Of a stretch of DNA of 64,000 nucleotides, positions 29,026 to 39,039 are shown piece by piece. The position numbers and the translations under genes were made by a program. Position 1 is the first letter of the stretch, and the number at the start of each line of letters is the position of its first letter. Origin of the DNA: an uncultured delta proteobacterium (GTDB lineage Bacteria; Desulfobacterota; BSN033; UBA1163); the NCBI GenBank assembly GCA_963827685.1, contig CAWHBU010000003.1, positions 512,001 through 576,000 of the forward strand, given 5' to 3'. The notes under the pieces are model-generated. The model worked only from the letters and a program-made list of their open reading frames with translations. It searched no databases and had not been told where the DNA came from.

Positions 29026-30037
29026 GTTTGCGCGTATAGTAGCGAGCAGGTCGCTCAAAAAGATAGAGGTTCATGTCAGGCGGAACATAGCTGGCCGTCT
29101 GCGAGTAAGATTCCGGATCGTAATTTGCCCATAATGATTCTGTGCGCTCGCCCTTCGAAGAATTACAGAGGCGAGTATTGGCATCTACCCTAATCCAGTC
29201 ACGATAGAGGCGATCCATCAAAGAGCAGCGATAGCCTGATACCGCCACAGCACCATGCACGGATCGAAGGATCTCAGCAAGCTCCTCATGTTCACGATCC
29301 GTCATTTCGTAGCCGTAGGCTTTGCTATCGCCACGTGCTTCGTGAGGGTAAGGTGGATCGCAATAGAAGAGCGTTTTCGGAGAATCATAGCGAAGGATTA
29401 CCTCCGTCGCGGGGGCGTTTTCGATCTGAACGCGCTGTAGGCGCTGGACAATCTGGGGTAAGCCTTCTACGCTGCCTAACCAACGTGAGACAGCTCCGGC
29501 CATGCCAGCACGGGAGGTCAAGACACAATGAGCCCAACGGCCCTCTGAACTCGTCTGCGCCAATCCGGTTCGTGTCTGGCGTGCCCGAACGAAAAAGCGG
29601 CGGGCACGCTCGATCGTCGAAAGATTTGGCTCAGGACGGCAAGCTTTCACCAGCTCTTCGCGTGAGAAGGGAGTCAAGCTGATGAGTCGGATAAGCTCAT
29701 CGCCATGATCACGTAAACGCTGGAAGAAATTCACGACTTCAGAATCCAAGTCGTTATAAGTTTCAACAGGTGCCGGTGGCCGGTTAATCAGGACGGCCGC
29801 GGAGCCGCCAAAAGGTTCGCAGAAATGAGTAAATGTGGTCGGAAGCAACGGCAGAAGGAAATCCAGGTGGGAGAACTTCCCGCCGTAATAACCAAAAGCA
29901 ATCATTTTACTACGGCGCTCGCTCGCACGCGCGATTAGCCGACGATTGTTGAACCCTGGCCCCGCTTCCGAGCGTTTGTTTCCCTTGTAATTGTCTTGCG
30001 CAGAGCTATGGGATCGTGGCTTAACAGGATTGTTCAT
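29003..30037 (-). CDS. DNA adenine methyltransferase (Dam/D12 class)
   Basis: YYGGK, EPFGGSAAV, YNDLD, YCDPPY; true start may be downstream (MIAFGYY). Confidence 0.92.
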   Translation of the reverse strand: MNNPVKPRSHSSAQDNYKGNKRSEAGPGFNNRRLIARASERRSKMIAFGYYGGKFSHLDFLLPLLPTTFTHFCEPFGGSAAVLINRPPAPVETYNDLDSEVVNFFQRLRDHGDELIRLISLTPFSREELVKACRPEPNLSTIERARRFFVRARQTRTGLAQTSSEGRWAHCVLTSRAGMAGAVSRWLGSVEGLPQIVQRLQRVQIENAPATEVILRYDSPKTLFYCDPPYPHEARGDSKAYGYEMTDREHEELAEILRSVHGAVAVSGYRCSLMDRLYRDWIRVDANTRLCNSSKGERTESLWANYDPESYSQTASYVPPDMNLYLFERPARYYTRKHDKKRRR

Positions 30038-30416
30038 CTCCTTGATAGCACCTCTTTGCTCTGTTTAGAGATCTCTTTTCGTTTAGAATATACACTATTT
30101 TTAGATTTTTTGGAAATGCGAAAAAGTTGTTCCATATTTGACATTGACTGTGAAGTAAATCAGTAACCACTACAATAAAAGACTGAGGTAAAGATTGAAG
30201 CAAATCTAAAATCAGTTAAAGATATTTGAAATTTTCTAACTCGCCAACCAGAACTTTCCCTTAAAATAAACCACAAAAAACCAAAACTTGATCTTAATAA
30301 AATTGTCGAATTGACTTCTGACGGTGATTTAACATAAAAAAATTAGGATCTATATATAATGCATATAAAATATCTTCTTATTTCAATTCTGCCAAGTAAA
30401 TACAAACTGTGAAATC

Positions 30417-31862
30417 GAGGGTGTGCTAAATTTAGTTGAAATTTGAGAAGTGGCTCCTAAAATGGTGGTAATCTCTTACTTTGGGAAGAAAAAGAAAAAC
30501 CACCAAGAAAGGAGCCAGTGATGGAGAAGATATTACGGATTGGTAGAGGTGTCAAGGTTAGGCGGGCGCGGGTGAAAGAGATTTGTGATAGGGGATTGAA
30601 GCAGATGGATGTGGATATGAAGATAGAGTTAATCCAGGCATTGATCCCCGTAGGGTTGTGGCATGTGAAGGAGGTTTTGGAGGAAGAAGTCAGAAGTTTA
30701 GCTGGGGAAAGATATAAGCGCCGGGGGGTTCCTGGGTATGATCGTTGGGGGAGCCAAGGGGGGTCAGTTTATCTATCGGATCAGAAGCTTCCGATCTTGG
30801 TGCCAAGGGTGAGAGATAGGCGTGGGGGGAAAGAGGTACGGTTAAAGAGTTATGAGCGGTTACAGGAGCCTCGTGGGGCAGATGAAGGGGTATTGAGACG
30901 AGTTCTCCATGGATTAAGTTGTCGGAACTATGAGGAGTGTGCGGAAGCGGTGCCGGAGGCTTTTGGTTTGAGTGGTTCGACGATTTCGAGGCGATACATT
31001 CGAGTCAGCGCAAAAGCGCTCAAGGAGCTTTGCGAGCGTCGATTGGAGGGGTATGATTTTGTAGCATTGATTCTGGATGGGAAGAGTTTTGGTGCAGATG
31101 AGATGATTTTGGTATTGGGGATTACCGTCAAAGGGGAGAAGATTCTTTTAGGATTTATTCAGGCGGGGACGGAGAATGAGCGGGTTGGCCGGGAAATGCT
31201 CCAGGGGTTGCTGGAGCGTGGGCTAGAGATGGAAGAAGGGTTTTTATGTGTGATTGATGGATCGAAAGGGTTGAGGAAAGCGGTGTATGAAGTTTTTGGG
31301 AATAAAGCCTTGGTGCAGCGATGCCAGTGGCACAAGCGGGAGAATGTGGTGAGTTATCTTCCGAAGGCGATGCAGGCTTCGATGAGGCGGAAGCTTCAAG
31401 AGGCCTATGAGGAGCCCATCTATGAAAGGGCGAAGGAGAGACTGTTAAAGATTCGTAAGGAACTGCAGCTGCTCAACCGATCGGCGGTCAATAGTTTAGA
31501 CGAAGGATGTGAAGAGACCTTGACGCTGCATCGTTTGGGACTCCTTAGAGAATGTGGGATCAGCTTTAAAACCACGAACTGTATCGAATCCTTGATGGCG
31601 CTCATTGGTCAGAAGACCGACAAGGTCGATTATTGGAAGAATAGTGATCAGAAGCATCGGTGGTTAGCCGCAGCCCTTTTAGATATTGAGCCGAGACTTA
31701 GAAAGGTCAAGGGTTACAGATATCTTCCACAGTTAAGAATTTCTATCCAGAGGGAGATTGCGAGACAGGGAGGAAAACAAGAAATGCCGAAGGTGGCGGA
31801 GGCGGCCTGATGAACTCAACAAGGAGCCATTATCGAATTTCAACTAAAAAAGGTATTGACTC
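30417..31862 (+). mobile_element. IS256-family insertion sequence
   Basis: 8-bp target duplication gtgaaatc (30409-30416 / 31863-31870); imperfect IRs sharing ttagttgaaatt. Confidence 0.92.
30518..31810 (+). CDS. IS256-family transposase
   Basis: LDGK, IDGSKGL, QRCQWHK, TTNCIES. Confidence 0.93.
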   Translation: MMEKILRIGRGVKVRRARVKEICDRGLKQMDVDMKIELIQALIPVGLWHVKEVLEEEVRSLAGERYKRRGVPGYDRWGSQGGSVYLSDQKLPILVPRVRDRRGGKEVRLKSYERLQEPRGADEGVLRRVLHGLSCRNYEECAEAVPEAFGLSGSTISRRYIRVSAKALKELCERRLEGYDFVALILDGKSFGADEMILVLGITVKGEKILLGFIQAGTENERVGREMLQGLLERGLEMEEGFLCVIDGSKGLRKAVYEVFGNKALVQRCQWHKRENVVSYLPKAMQASMRRKLQEAYEEPIYERAKERLLKIRKELQLLNRSAVNSLDEGCEETLTLHRLGLLRECGISFKTTNCIESLMALIGQKTDKVDYWKNSDQKHRWLAAALLDIEPRLRKVKGYRYLPQLRISIQREIARQGGKQEMPKVAEAA

Positions 31863-32392
31863 GTGAAATCAACGTTGTCGATGGTTTTGCAACCCAAGAG
31901 CTTTAGTTGAGTTTCTCGAAAGTCCTCGTTGAACTCTTTTTCATAAGTTTCTTTACTTTTTTCATAATCATTATCCGTAAAGATCAACTCATAGCAGTAA
32001 CTATTTTTGTTACTATTTCGGAAATTTTTCAATTTCTTAATATCCTTTTCTAATATCCCTTTTGTTTCCGATTCGGTTTGCCATCTCTTTATCTCAAAGG
32101 CGAATTTGTTTTGGTCTTCATAAAAAACTAAATCTACTGGACCGAATTGAGTTTTGACTTCTGTCTCATATTTTACATTCCTATTTTGTTCAAGATCTTC
32201 ATAAAATTCTCTTAGCATGATGTATCTCAATGTATGTTCCTGCAATATACTATTTAAGACAAAAATCTTACCCTTTCCGCTCTTGATTTGATGTTGGTCC
32301 AAAATATTTTGTCTTAGCAAAGAACTTATTTCTTTCTGGGCTGCTTTATACATAGCCTCAAAAACTTTTTCCCAAATATTAAACTTTAACAT
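31844..32392 (-). pseudogene. PD-(D/E)XK nuclease-like protein, C-terminus displaced by IS256 (native end at 30378)
   Basis: GPVDLVF...AFEIK; frame resumes beyond the IS as DFTVCIYLAELK*; AT-rich. Confidence 0.7.
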
Positions 32393-32419
32393 AGCCTTAT
32401 CCTCCGCAATCGCAAAAGC

Positions 32420-32950
32420 TTAACTTTTTATAATCTTCTCTTTAAAAATGGCTACGACACGCTCAACGACCGCTTCCACATCTAATGTTGAGGTGTCGAC
32501 CTGGATTTCCGAAGCTTTCTCGTAAAATGGTTTCCGTTCGGATATCGTTTCTTCTATCTCTTCCAAAGTCCCTTTTCCAGTCAATGTTGGCCTTCGGGTA
32601 GAGGATCCTTGATCCTTTTGAATTCTTTTGAAAAGGGTCTGCTGATCTGCTTTAAGCCAGATAATAAAACCATTCCTTTTTAAAGCGTTGACATTGTCTG
32701 TGTCAAGAACCGCTCCTCCTCCGGGGGCGATGATCAGATGATCTCCATTTGAAATCTCTTCGATGACGGTCTTCTCCAGTCTCCTAAAATGATCCCATCC
32801 ATGGGATTTCACAATATCGCTGATCAGAACCCCCCGACGTTCTTCAATGAGATCATCCGTATCCACAAACCTCATCTGAAGACGGGCAGCCAGCCTGCTT
32901 CCCACTGTGCTTTTGCCTGAACCGCGGTATCCGATTAAGATGATGTTCAT
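32420..32950 (-). CDS. aroK: shikimate kinase
   Basis: GYRGSGKSTVG, DTD, GGG, RP, R.PFY. Confidence 0.95.
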   Translation of the reverse strand: MNIILIGYRGSGKSTVGSRLAARLQMRFVDTDDLIEERRGVLISDIVKSHGWDHFRRLEKTVIEEISNGDHLIIAPGGGAVLDTDNVNALKRNGFIIWLKADQQTLFKRIQKDQGSSTRRPTLTGKGTLEEIEETISERKPFYEKASEIQVDTSTLDVEAVVERVVAIFKEKIIKS

Positions 32951-32960
32951 AAAACAACCC

Positions 32961-33068
32961 AGGGGTCAAGGGGTCGAGGATTCAAGGATTCAAGTGTTAT
33001 TTAAAAAAATTTATCAGTGTTTTAAGCATTTCACCCGAATCCTTGACCCCTTGAATCCTAGAACCCTT
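32961..33068. repeat. inverted arrays of 8-mer units (ggggtcaa/ggattcaa ... ttgaatcc/ttgacccc)
   Basis: ~4 units per arm around a ~35-bp spacer. Confidence 0.7.
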
Positions 33069-33070
33069 TT

Positions 33071-34327
33071 TTAGTAGAGCCTCTGAATAACCTTCCAAAA
33101 TTCCGGGAACGACTTATCCACACATCGTTCTCCCTTAATCTTTACTCCGGGAACCACGAGCCCTGCAACGGCAAAACTCATGGCCATACGGTGGTCGTCA
33201 TATGTCTCGATCTCTGCTCCATGGGGCCTTCCTCCTTCAATCTCCAATCTATCCTCCCCCTCTTTTGTTCGAATACCCATCTTGCTCAATTCTACAGCCA
33301 AGGCATGGAGGCGGTCCGATTCTTTAAAACGAAGGTGCCCTATATTCTGAATGACAGTCTTCCCCCGGGCAAAGGCAGCGGTAACCGCCAGAGTTGGGAC
33401 GAGGTCAGGCATTTCGTTCATATCTGTCTCGATTCCATGAAGTTCTCCACCCAGTACTTCTATCCAGTCACTTCCGCGTGTCACACGACATCCTATGCTC
33501 GCTAATATCTCGAGAAATCCTATGTCTCCTTGGACAGTAAACGGATTGAGGTTTCCAACTTTTACTCTCCCCCTGCAAACCGCTGCGGCCGAAAAAAAAT
33601 AGGAGGCATTGGAAGCATCCCCTTCAATTCGATACTTTCGTGGAAGATAGCGTTGTCCTGCCTTAATGAAAAAGGAACGGTATTCCTGGTTCTTTGTCTC
33701 CGCACCAAAGGCAGACATCACATCCCGAGTGACGTCCACATAGGGTTTGGAAGCTAAAGAACCCGTCACCTCTATGTTCACATCTTTCTGGGCATACGGT
33801 GCTACCATCAGGAGGCCGGAAAGGAATTGGCTGCTTTCTTCTCCCTTGATCCTCGCTCTACCACCCTTAAGACCCTGGGACTCCACAATCACTGGTGGAA
33901 AGCCGTCTCCTTTTTTTGAATAGGCTTTGACCCCCAACTCTACCAAGCCATTCAACAGCTCGCCGATGGGCCTCTTTCTCATCCGTTCACTTCCATCCAA
34001 AAGCGTAATTCCTTTCTTAAGAGCGGCCAGAGCTGTAAGAAATCTCATGGAGGCCCCGGAATTGCCCACGTCGATTCTGTCATCGGACGTTTTAAACTTT
34101 CCTCCTTTTCCCAGAACCCGAATATGATCGCTTCCCCAAGAGACCGGCACTCCAAATCTTATCAGCGCCTCAGCCGTATGCTCGGTATCTTCACATCGAA
34201 GGCCATTGATTAATACGGATTCTCCATCGGCTAACGAAGAAAGGATAAGGGCCCGGTGGGTATAGCTTTTTGACCCGGGGATTCTCACCACTCCATCACA
34301 ATGACTGAGGGGTGTTATTTCGATCAT
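33071..34327 (-). CDS. aroA: 3-phosphoshikimate 1-carboxyvinyltransferase (EPSP synthase)
   Basis: PGSKSYTHR, GNSGASMR, SSQF, KESDR, DDHRMAM, KSFP. Confidence 0.97.
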   Translation of the reverse strand: MIEITPLSHCDGVVRIPGSKSYTHRALILSSLADGESVLINGLRCEDTEHTAEALIRFGVPVSWGSDHIRVLGKGGKFKTSDDRIDVGNSGASMRFLTALAALKKGITLLDGSERMRKRPIGELLNGLVELGVKAYSKKGDGFPPVIVESQGLKGGRARIKGEESSQFLSGLLMVAPYAQKDVNIEVTGSLASKPYVDVTRDVMSAFGAETKNQEYRSFFIKAGQRYLPRKYRIEGDASNASYFFSAAAVCRGRVKVGNLNPFTVQGDIGFLEILASIGCRVTRGSDWIEVLGGELHGIETDMNEMPDLVPTLAVTAAFARGKTVIQNIGHLRFKESDRLHALAVELSKMGIRTKEGEDRLEIEGGRPHGAEIETYDDHRMAMSFAVAGLVVPGVKIKGERCVDKSFPEFWKVIQRLY

Positions 34328-34339
34328 CTCTTTCCTTTT

Positions 34340-35197
34340 TCAAACCTGGCAGGATGGGTCTTTGTGAATTTTCTCTCTTAGCGCCCGGCGAAGATCTTTC
34401 CTGATTTGCCCAATTTCCAATCTTCTCCCCGTCCATATCTCTAATTGGGCCACACCCTGACGAACGAACATCTCCAATCCGTTGACCGTGAGACACCCTT
34501 TCTCCTTCGCCTCGCGGAGGAGTCTTGTCTGCAGGGGCTGGTAGACTATGTCCATGACCATCATCCCTTCTTTCAACAACTTTCTTGGGATAGGAGTCTC
34601 TCGATCTTGTGGAACCATTCCGAGAGAGGTGGCATTGATGATGACATCGGCTTCAAGTCCTCCTGCCTTCATCCTGACGAGAGAGGATGTCGGCAGATAA
34701 TCACACCCCAATTCTTTACTCAACTCTTCGCCCCTTTTTCTTGAGCGGTTGGAAATGATTAATTGACAGCCTCTTCCCTTTAGGCCAAAACCGATGGCCC
34801 GGGCCGCCCCACCTGCCCCAAGAAGGACGACTTTCTTTCCTCTCAAATTCATCTTTTCTTCCAATGCCCCTAAGGCCCCCTCGCAATCCGTGTTGTAGCC
34901 AATGAGCTTTCCCTCTCGATTGACAATCGTGTTAACGGCCCCGATCTTTTTTGCCAATCCTTCGACCTTATCAAGAAACGGAACCACATCAGTCTTAAAT
35001 GGGGTGGTCACGCTCACTCCCCTCACCTCAAGTCCCCTGATTCCTCTCAGGGCTTCTTCAAGATGTTTTACTTCGAAAGCCAAATAGACAGCGTTCCAGC
35101 CCAATCTTTTAAAAACGCCGTTGTGAATCATGGGGCTCAAGCTGTGTCGCACCGGATTTCCGATAACTCCGTAAAGCTCTGTCTGAGCATCAATCAT
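34340..35197 (-). CDS. aroE: shikimate dehydrogenase
   Basis: HSLSP.IHN, GAVNT, NTD, GAGGAARA, DIVY.P. Confidence 0.96.
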   Translation of the reverse strand: MIDAQTELYGVIGNPVRHSLSPMIHNGVFKRLGWNAVYLAFEVKHLEEALRGIRGLEVRGVSVTTPFKTDVVPFLDKVEGLAKKIGAVNTIVNREGKLIGYNTDCEGALGALEEKMNLRGKKVVLLGAGGAARAIGFGLKGRGCQLIISNRSRKRGEELSKELGCDYLPTSSLVRMKAGGLEADVIINATSLGMVPQDRETPIPRKLLKEGMMVMDIVYQPLQTRLLREAKEKGCLTVNGLEMFVRQGVAQLEIWTGRRLEIGQIRKDLRRALREKIHKDPSCQV

Positions 35198-35228
35198 CTC
35201 ATTTTCTCCCGTAACACTTTAACTCTTT

Positions 35229-35393
35229 CCTAAATTTAGCGATTTTTCTTTATTAATGACATCAAAGATACTGGATTCCTGCTTCCGCAGGAATGACGAC
35301 CATCGACCACTGAATAAACATATCATTCCCGTGAAAACGGGAATCCAGAAGGCTTTATCTTTAAAAATAGGATTAAGAATCGCTCAATTTAGG
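35229..35393. repeat. MITE/REP-like element
   Basis: terminal IR cctaaatttagcgatt / aatcgctcaatttagg enclosing attcctgc..gcaggaat and attcccg..cgggaat palindromes. Confidence 0.7.
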
Positions 35394-35422
35394 TCTTTAT
35401 AAAATCACCCTGCGACGTCCCG

Positions 35423-36106
35423 CTAAAGTTTTAGCATTTTCCAGATCTCTTTCATCTCCTCAGCAGTCAGTTGCCCTGAAGCGGAAGCCCTGCTTCGATT
35501 GAGCGAAGCGTATACCCAGGCCGCTCCTAAGAAAGGAGAAAAGATGCGGCTGATCTTCCCCTTTTCGCCCATACAGAAGGCAACGATCTTCTGCCTCCTT
35601 TCTTTAGCATAGGGAATGAGCGACAGGATGGTGAGATTGTCTTCCCAGGTCCTGGCAAAGGGAACAATCTTGACCACGTCCGCTCCCAACTGAATCATTT
35701 GGCCACAAAGCCTTTGAAGTTCTTTCAGAGAAGGTGTTCTTTGGAAATTATGGAAAGAAAGGATGACTTGCGTTCTTCCTTTATTCCTGATTAAACCTCG
35801 CAGCCATGATCTCTCCGTTGCCAATTCGACGTCGATATAATCTGATCCCAAATCAATGGCTTCCTGCAAAACACTCAACCTCTTTCTTCCATCACCTTTG
35901 TATTTTCCTCCTTCTTCTTTTCTTCGATTGGTAACGATGAAAGGTTTCCGCCGGTTTTCAAGAAGAGGTGCCAGGTTCACTCTCTTGAAATAGTCTACTC
36001 GAAGCTCAATCAGGTCTGCCCATCGGTTCACTTGTTGGATAGCGAACAGAGCCTTTTCTACGGTGGTCTCGACAATAGGGATACAAAGCTTTTGCACGTT
36101 TCTCAC
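35423..36106 (-). CDS. aroD: type I 3-dehydroquinate dehydratase
   Basis: DLIELRVD, R..EGG, YIDVEL, SFH, VKI, MGEKGKISR, ASGQ. Confidence 0.93.
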   Translation of the reverse strand: MRNVQKLCIPIVETTVEKALFAIQQVNRWADLIELRVDYFKRVNLAPLLENRRKPFIVTNRRKEEGGKYKGDGRKRLSVLQEAIDLGSDYIDVELATERSWLRGLIRNKGRTQVILSFHNFQRTPSLKELQRLCGQMIQLGADVVKIVPFARTWEDNLTILSLIPYAKERRQKIVAFCMGEKGKISRIFSPFLGAAWVYASLNRSRASASGQLTAEEMKEIWKMLKL

Positions 36107-36383
36107 CTTTCTACGATGCTCTCATCAATCTGAACCCCGACTTTCTGCGTACCTGAGAGAAAACATAACACAGGCCTAAAAATTGAACAAGAACTCTCAC
36201 TAATACAGTCGCATTAATTCATGATACCCCTGCCCCACCCTCCCTTTCGAGAGACTGTGTCGTCATGTCGCAGAAATCATTTCAGCCCTGTGACGAAAAA
36301 GGGCCTCTCTTGCATTCTTCAACAGATTCTGCCATTGCGATTAATCCTTTAGGATTCCAATAGTTTCGTCATCAAGACTCTTT

Positions 36384-36399
36384 TGGCATTGAATTTGCG
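36384..36399 (+). promoter_or_regulatory. sigma54 promoter
   Basis: TGGCATTGAATTTGCG upstream of PilZ gene. Confidence 0.7.
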
Positions 36400-36451
36400 T
36401 CCAACTGATACAGGCCTTTCTTTGTCCATACTTTTTACCGGATGGGGTAAA

Positions 36452-36880
36452 ATGAACAAGCCTTCTGATCCCAAAGAGAAACGGAAATATCCGAGGGTTT
36501 TAATCAATATGCCCCTTGATTTCAAGATGACGGAGGATTCGATTCAAAGCGCGGGACTGGTCATTGATGCAAGTGAAGCCGGCCTCCTCATTCAGACTTT
36601 TAAAGATATGCCCATCGGGAAAAGAGTAACGATTGAAGTCTCGTCCCCCAAAAGGGTCAAGCCTGTAAAATTCAGTGCGATGACTGAGATTATTTGGAAA
36701 GATGTGTATATTTGGGATGATTGGGGGGCATATCAATATGGCCTAAAATTTACTCAAATTTCGTATGAAGATTATCTTAAGCTAAAACAGATTCTTAGCA
36801 GCCAATCTAATATGGAAGAGGTTACATTGGCCGATGAGTCTAACCACGAGCAAAGGTTAATCATAAAAACAAAGGTGTAG
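36452..36880 (+). CDS. PilZ domain protein
   Basis: EKRKYPR and DASEAG (RxxxR, D/NxSxxG). Confidence 0.88.
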   Translation: MNKPSDPKEKRKYPRVLINMPLDFKMTEDSIQSAGLVIDASEAGLLIQTFKDMPIGKRVTIEVSSPKRVKPVKFSAMTEIIWKDVYIWDDWGAYQYGLKFTQISYEDYLKLKQILSSQSNMEEVTLADESNHEQRLIIKTKV

Positions 36881-37098
36881 CTAATAAAACAACGACCCCT
36901 TTTCTATCCCTTTTGGTTTAATCCGCCTGATCTCCCAGAAAGAACGAAACGTTATAAAATCTCAGGACTCTATCCGTTCACACTTTTATGTATTGACTTA
37001 TGAGAAAAATAGTCAGACAATGCAGGAGGAATGATAACAATGGTGGGTCTCCTATTGAACGCCTGATTAGGGAAATGTAACCGGTTTTGAAACTTTCC

Positions 37099-37398
37099 AT
37101 GAAAAGAAGGCTTGCTCAAATTTTTTTGGTTATTTTAATTTCCCTTTCTATTCCACTGCTTTCAGCGTATCTTGATTACTATGACTTGGCAGAGGCTGGT
37201 TTTCTCGCATGCGATATAAGTTTCGAAAATTCTGATGAAGATAATCCGTCGATTGATCGGCAGAACGAATACGAGGCATTCCTACCAAGTGTCTTTTCAA
37301 TCAGGTTCCCTTCAGGAATCGATCTCCTGGGACAACTCCCGCATTTTTCTTTCACAACCTGTTTTCTCGAACAAAAGACCTTCTTTCTTCGTTGTTGA
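37099..37398 (+). CDS. small hypothetical exported/membrane protein ending LRC
   Basis: N-terminal hydrophobic helix; upstream of skp. Confidence 0.5.
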   Translation: MKRRLAQIFLVILISLSIPLLSAYLDYYDLAEAGFLACDISFENSDEDNPSIDRQNEYEAFLPSVFSIRFPSGIDLLGQLPHFSFTTCFLEQKTFFLRC

Positions 37399-37558
37399 GA
37401 AAATCCCATAACGATTCATTTCTTAGCTAGCCATACATGTCTCAATCCGCTTGGTAAACAAGCAATGGTCCTGTTTGGCATCGGTCCTTAAGAACTTCGC
37501 GGAGTCGGCATTACATCCAAAGAAATTGTAACTATCCATAAACACCATGCAGGGAGAA

Positions 37559-38107
37559 ATGACAATGGACAGAAAAAGTTTTAGAATGCTTGTGGTAATT
37601 CTCCTTCTCATCGTTATAGGAGGACTACCGACCAGGCAGGTTTACTCTCAGAATTTAAATATAAAAATCGGATCAGTTGATATCCAAAAGGCACTTAATG
37701 AGTGCCACGCGGGGAAGGAAGCCAAGAAGGCCCTCGCCAGAGAGGTGGAAACATTTCAGGGTCTCGTCGCTGAAAAACAAAGAGAACTTCAAGAAATGAA
37801 AGCATCTCTGGAGAAGCAGGGCCTGATGTTGAATCCTGAAGCGAAGGCAGCAAGAGAAAAAGATCTACAGACCAGGCTCCGAGATTTCCAGCGATGGGGA
37901 GAGGACATTCAAAACGAACTCAATCAGAAACGAACAGAAATGCAGAGGAGCATTTTTCTTGGCCTTCAAAAAGTGATTCAAAAGTTGGGGGCAGATGAAG
38001 GCTACACCCTCATTTTGGAGAAAAACGAGAACATTGTACTCTTCGCTTCCAAGTCCACTGACGTGACGGATCTGGTGATTAAAGCCTATGATGTCCAGAA
38101 GAGATAG
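37559..38107 (+). CDS. OmpH/Skp periplasmic chaperone
   Basis: signal peptide, KIGSVDIQKAL, coiled coil, GYTLIL, DVTDLVI. Confidence 0.9.
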   Translation: MTMDRKSFRMLVVILLLIVIGGLPTRQVYSQNLNIKIGSVDIQKALNECHAGKEAKKALAREVETFQGLVAEKQRELQEMKASLEKQGLMLNPEAKAAREKDLQTRLRDFQRWGEDIQNELNQKRTEMQRSIFLGLQKVIQKLGADEGYTLILEKNENIVLFASKSTDVTDLVIKAYDVQKR

Positions 38108-38204
38108 CACGGATGAGAGTTAGCCGGCTTGGACGTTTTTTGACGGGGCAAATAGCCTCGTATGTTAAGAAGTGCAGTAAAAAACTCTCCGGAGGTGGAA
38201 GACG

Positions 38205-38492
38205 ATGTCAGTGAGAATCATTATCGATCGGAAGGTAAAGAAGGGAAAGGAAGCGGATTTTGCCAAACTCTTGAGGAAATTAAGATCAAAATCCATTTTC
38301 TCAAAAGGTTACATCTCAGGGGAGATGCTACGAAACCGGGATGACCCTCAAAATTATATTGTGATCACAGCCTGGCAGAGTGTCGCTGACTGGGAGGAAT
38401 ATGAAAAGGTTCCAGAAACAAGTAAGATCCATGCCAAGATTGAAAAACTAATGGCGAAGCCCACGAAGGTGAAAGTATGTGTGCATGCTTAG
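38205..38492 (+). CDS. antibiotic biosynthesis monooxygenase (ABM) family protein
   Basis: VKKGKE.DF, GYISGE, ITAWQSVADW. Confidence 0.85.
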   Translation: MSVRIIIDRKVKKGKEADFAKLLRKLRSKSIFSKGYISGEMLRNRDDPQNYIVITAWQSVADWEEYEKVPETSKIHAKIEKLMAKPTKVKVCVHA

Positions 38493-38800
38493 GTGGTTAT
38501 CTTTAAACAAAAGTTCTTCGCGCTTTCATGAACCATACCTTATTGCGCTATTTTTAATTTTTAGGCGGTTAAGTCCCGACCAGATTCACGATCAAAATTG
38601 GGCGCTGAGAGATACCTAAGAATAAAGATACATCTCACTTAGAATGAACGTTCAAAGATTACTTTCTGAATCCGTTGGGTAACAGATTTCGGCCGCGACG
38701 CAAGACTTTATTCCCAAATCGTTACCTGGCGGATTGTCGTAAAACTCTCCTCCATCTATTTTGATTTTTTGTAATAGACATTCAACTCTGTTTTTTATAT

Positions 38801-38957
38801 AGTGAAGCTCCCCGGCCGCCCCATCAAAACGGGACAGGCACGCCGGGGCTTACGGGGCACGTAGTGACGAGCGGAAAGCTCACAAAGGAAATATCGTTTT
38901 AATTGTGCCCCTTAACCCCGCCTACAAGGCGGGGCTTACGGGGCACTTGCCGGTCAA
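38801..38957. repeat. palindromic REP/MITE-like repeat, copy 1
   Basis: near-identical to 53822-53958 (agtgaagctccccggcc...ccccgcctacaaggcgggg...ccggtcaa). Confidence 0.85.
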
Positions 38958-39039
38958 CCCAGCCAAGGCGAGTTCTTATGATTCCGAGAAAATTTTTCAG
39001 TAAGTGCTCCAGGCATCTTGGGTAAAAAGGAGGATTCTC

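Noticed and set aside
30040-30375. AT-rich segment between the IS256 site and the MTase as a controller (C-protein) gene
   Set aside because: No HTH-like ORF or C-box palindrome is recognisable.
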